DNA of 33,416 nucleotides from positions 1 to 33,416 of the forward strand of contig NKIB01000351.1 in the NCBI GenBank assembly GCA_002256025.1, in the 5' to 3' direction. The notes beneath the pieces are model-generated. The model saw only the letters and a program-made list of their open reading frames with translations. It did no database searches and was not told the DNA's origin. This DNA is from Asterionella formosa (taxonomy: Eukaryota). Shown here piece by piece: positions 31,105 through 33,416 of the stretch. Within the stretch, counting starts at the first letter, position 1. Every line of letters starts with the position of its first letter. Position numbers and translations under genes: made by a program.

Positions 31105-31360
31105 TCTCTTGAGGCATCACACAATTGCCTTCAGCAATGCGAAGATCATCTTTTGTTAAAATTGACAAAAGTCCCACTTGGTTTCTTTTGATGCATCATA
31201 TTTTTTTGCTTTGAACAAATGTTAGAAAATTGACACCAGTCACGCTTGGTTTGTTGATGCATTACATGATTGGCTTCAACTATATTAAAAAAATCTTGTA
31301 TCAGAAAATTGACACCAGTCATGCTTGGTTTGCTGATGCATCACATGATTGCCTTTAGCA
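31105..31360 (+). repeat. Degenerate tandem repeat, period ~66-79 bp, 3-4 units
   Basis: agaaaattgacaccagtca.gcttggtttg.tgatgcat.acatgattg at 31224 and 31303, with weaker copies at ~31158 and ~31105. Confidence 0.75.
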
Positions 31361-33099
31361 AACACCATCTTGCTTTGAGGTTGAAAACTCATGCTTGGGA
31401 ATGTTCTTGAGACAGTCCAATCCTTGAATGATTATTGACTGTCGAAGTTAATAAAAACCAAGTGAATGAATTGGTCAGTATCTTTCATTTTATGATTCAA
31501 TTCAAACACTTGCTACCACCATGCATTGGGCACAGAGAAAATGACAATGACACTCAATCATTTTTTGACACAGTTGTTTGATATTCTGTATGAGACATTG
31601 TATGTTTAAGAAGTCTTTTCAAAGTCTTGAGATGGGCTCTGAATTCCATAACCAAAATTTTAATGGTTCTGTCAAGTACTATTGTAGGATCTAGCTACTG
31701 AAGCTCAAAGCTATCATGCAAAAGATGCTGTTTGTCCAATCACATCATCATGGCTTAGTCGAAACTGTCATAAAACTGATCATCTGGGTGGAATTTAACG
31801 CTCACATAGTCAGACCAGGCGATATCTGTGAGGTATCTTTGTAGTAAGCAAAGTTGTCAGCAAAGTTGTCTGCTGGACTGAAGGTAGTACATGTGTTAGT
31901 GGTCATATTATGGGATTTATTAAAACCAATCAACAAAGCTTCCACTGAGCATCCATTGATCACATGTTGGTCAAAAGACTCCAAATAAAAAATGGTCTAA
32001 GTCTTGATGTTAAACATGTATCCCTTGATTAATGAGACCAATAAAGAATTGAAACTAGTACATCGACATTGCTAATTCTAATTTGACTTTTTTGAATTCA
32101 AAGTGAAGTAGTATCTTACTACTACTAGAAGTAGTAGCATATGTTGAATCTATGAGCATATTAGTTAATCCTTGTGTTCAACTCATTCTCTTATGAATGA
32201 CACCAAAGCATTGTTTCAATAGGGCGGTGTTAGTCGAGTTCTCTCCTGCTACTAGAGATCTGATGTAATATACTTAACCCTAACCCTATTGGTGTATGTG
32301 CAGTTGCACAGGATCGCTCACCAGGAGTAACTTAGCATGATGCCATTCCAGACATATTCACAATGCAGATATGTTATTCATATATTTTGTATATTTAGAA
32401 TTAATACAAATTATAATTTATGTAAAAGAATAAAAGAATTTATATTGGATTTTCACAATACTGATGGTAAGGATGATTGCTGTTGATATGCTTCATTTAA
32501 CAAGAAATTTAGCTAAATCAATAGATTTTGGAACGTTTGCTAAGTAAAACATAAGATCTAATGTGTTTTTTATTCACAGACATCGTCTTGTGTAGAAAAT
32601 GCATATTGCTTCTACAGAGGGATTCTTCTTTTAAGGATGTGGATCGAGCAGCATTCATCATGGGGAACTGAGGTATTATTGCTGTATGCAAGAGTTATAT
32701 TGGTAGTTAGAGTGTGAAGCGTCTTCTGTTGGGTCTAGTGTAAGGTATTGCTATGGACAAATTCGTTGCGCTCTCTCCATTGATTGGCTGTGTACAAGTG
32801 GAGACTGTGAATGAGAGGGCGAGTCCACTGCTCAGGTGTAGAGAAGCTAGAAGGAAAGCGCTGTGAGCGATAAAATTGCCATGAGAATGTGAAACTAGAT
32901 ATATAGCAAAATTACCGCAACTTGTTGGTATTGCTCAGCATGGGGACAAGGGGGTTCAATTAAAATTATGGAAACTTTTATTTATACTCCATGCAACATA
33001 GTAATGATATTATTCCATCGTTGTTGTCGTTATTTAACTCTTGTTAGTAGACTGCATATATACGTATGTAAAAGTACAATACTATATTATACTTTCTTA

Positions 33100-33340
33100 C
33101 TAGGGTCGTTCTTATCATTCCGAATTTGCTGTATCATTTCCGGGTTGCGGGCAAAAAGTGACGGTTGGTATCAAAACACTGTATCAGCAACAGTAACTTG
33201 ATGGTATCAATTTTGTATCATTGATACAAAATTGATACCTTTTTTTGCCCCCTCCAAAAACGGTATCAGTGATACTGACGTTTTCACGCGGGTATCATTT
33301 CCGTTGTCACTAATAAAATAACCGAAAATAAGCCTGCAAG
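33100..33340. repeat. GTATCA-motif array with a perfect 37-bp palindrome; probable MITE or transposon end
   Basis: GGTATCAATTTTGTATCA-T-TGATACAAAATTGATACC at 33203-33239, and about ten GTATCA/TGATAC motifs in 33131-33298. Confidence 0.6.
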
Positions 33341-33416
33341 GCAAGGCACCACTGATAATATTAATGGCATATACTATTCCTTCAATTTTATGCTGGCTGC
33401 GTATATTGTCCAAGCA

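Noticed and set aside
30245..31360. CRISPR-like arrays
   Set aside because: The repeats are degenerate with no regular unique spacers, there are no cas genes, and the context is eukaryotic.

Overview
Eukaryotic genomic DNA, most likely from a diatom or other stramenopile (inferred from short GT-AG introns, gene content and a signal peptide followed by Phe). Five intact genes lie among decayed DNA transposons. (1) A 3-exon AMT1-type ammonium transporter (-), flanked by inverted copies of one TIR-element family. (2, 3) A head-to-head pair sharing a 1.1 kb intergenic region: a single-pass membrane protein with five tandem cytochrome b5 heme domains (-) and an NAD(P)H/FAD ferric reductase (+). 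(4) A SLC35B-type (PAPS-like) nucleotide-sugar transporter (+). (5) A membrane-anchored TPR-sulfotransferase (+). Mobile DNA includes a Kolobok-type element with perfect 23-bp TIRs and TTAA flanks, several copies of a MULE-like non-autonomous family, a degraded Transib/RAG1-like transposase and a tRNA-like Pol III head. The best candidate for a new system is the penta-cytochrome-b5 / ferric-reductase pair, which may form a eukaryotic cell-surface multiheme electron relay. The PAPS-transporter / sulfotransferase pair is a second possible module. All family assignments come from motif recognition by eye; no searches were run.
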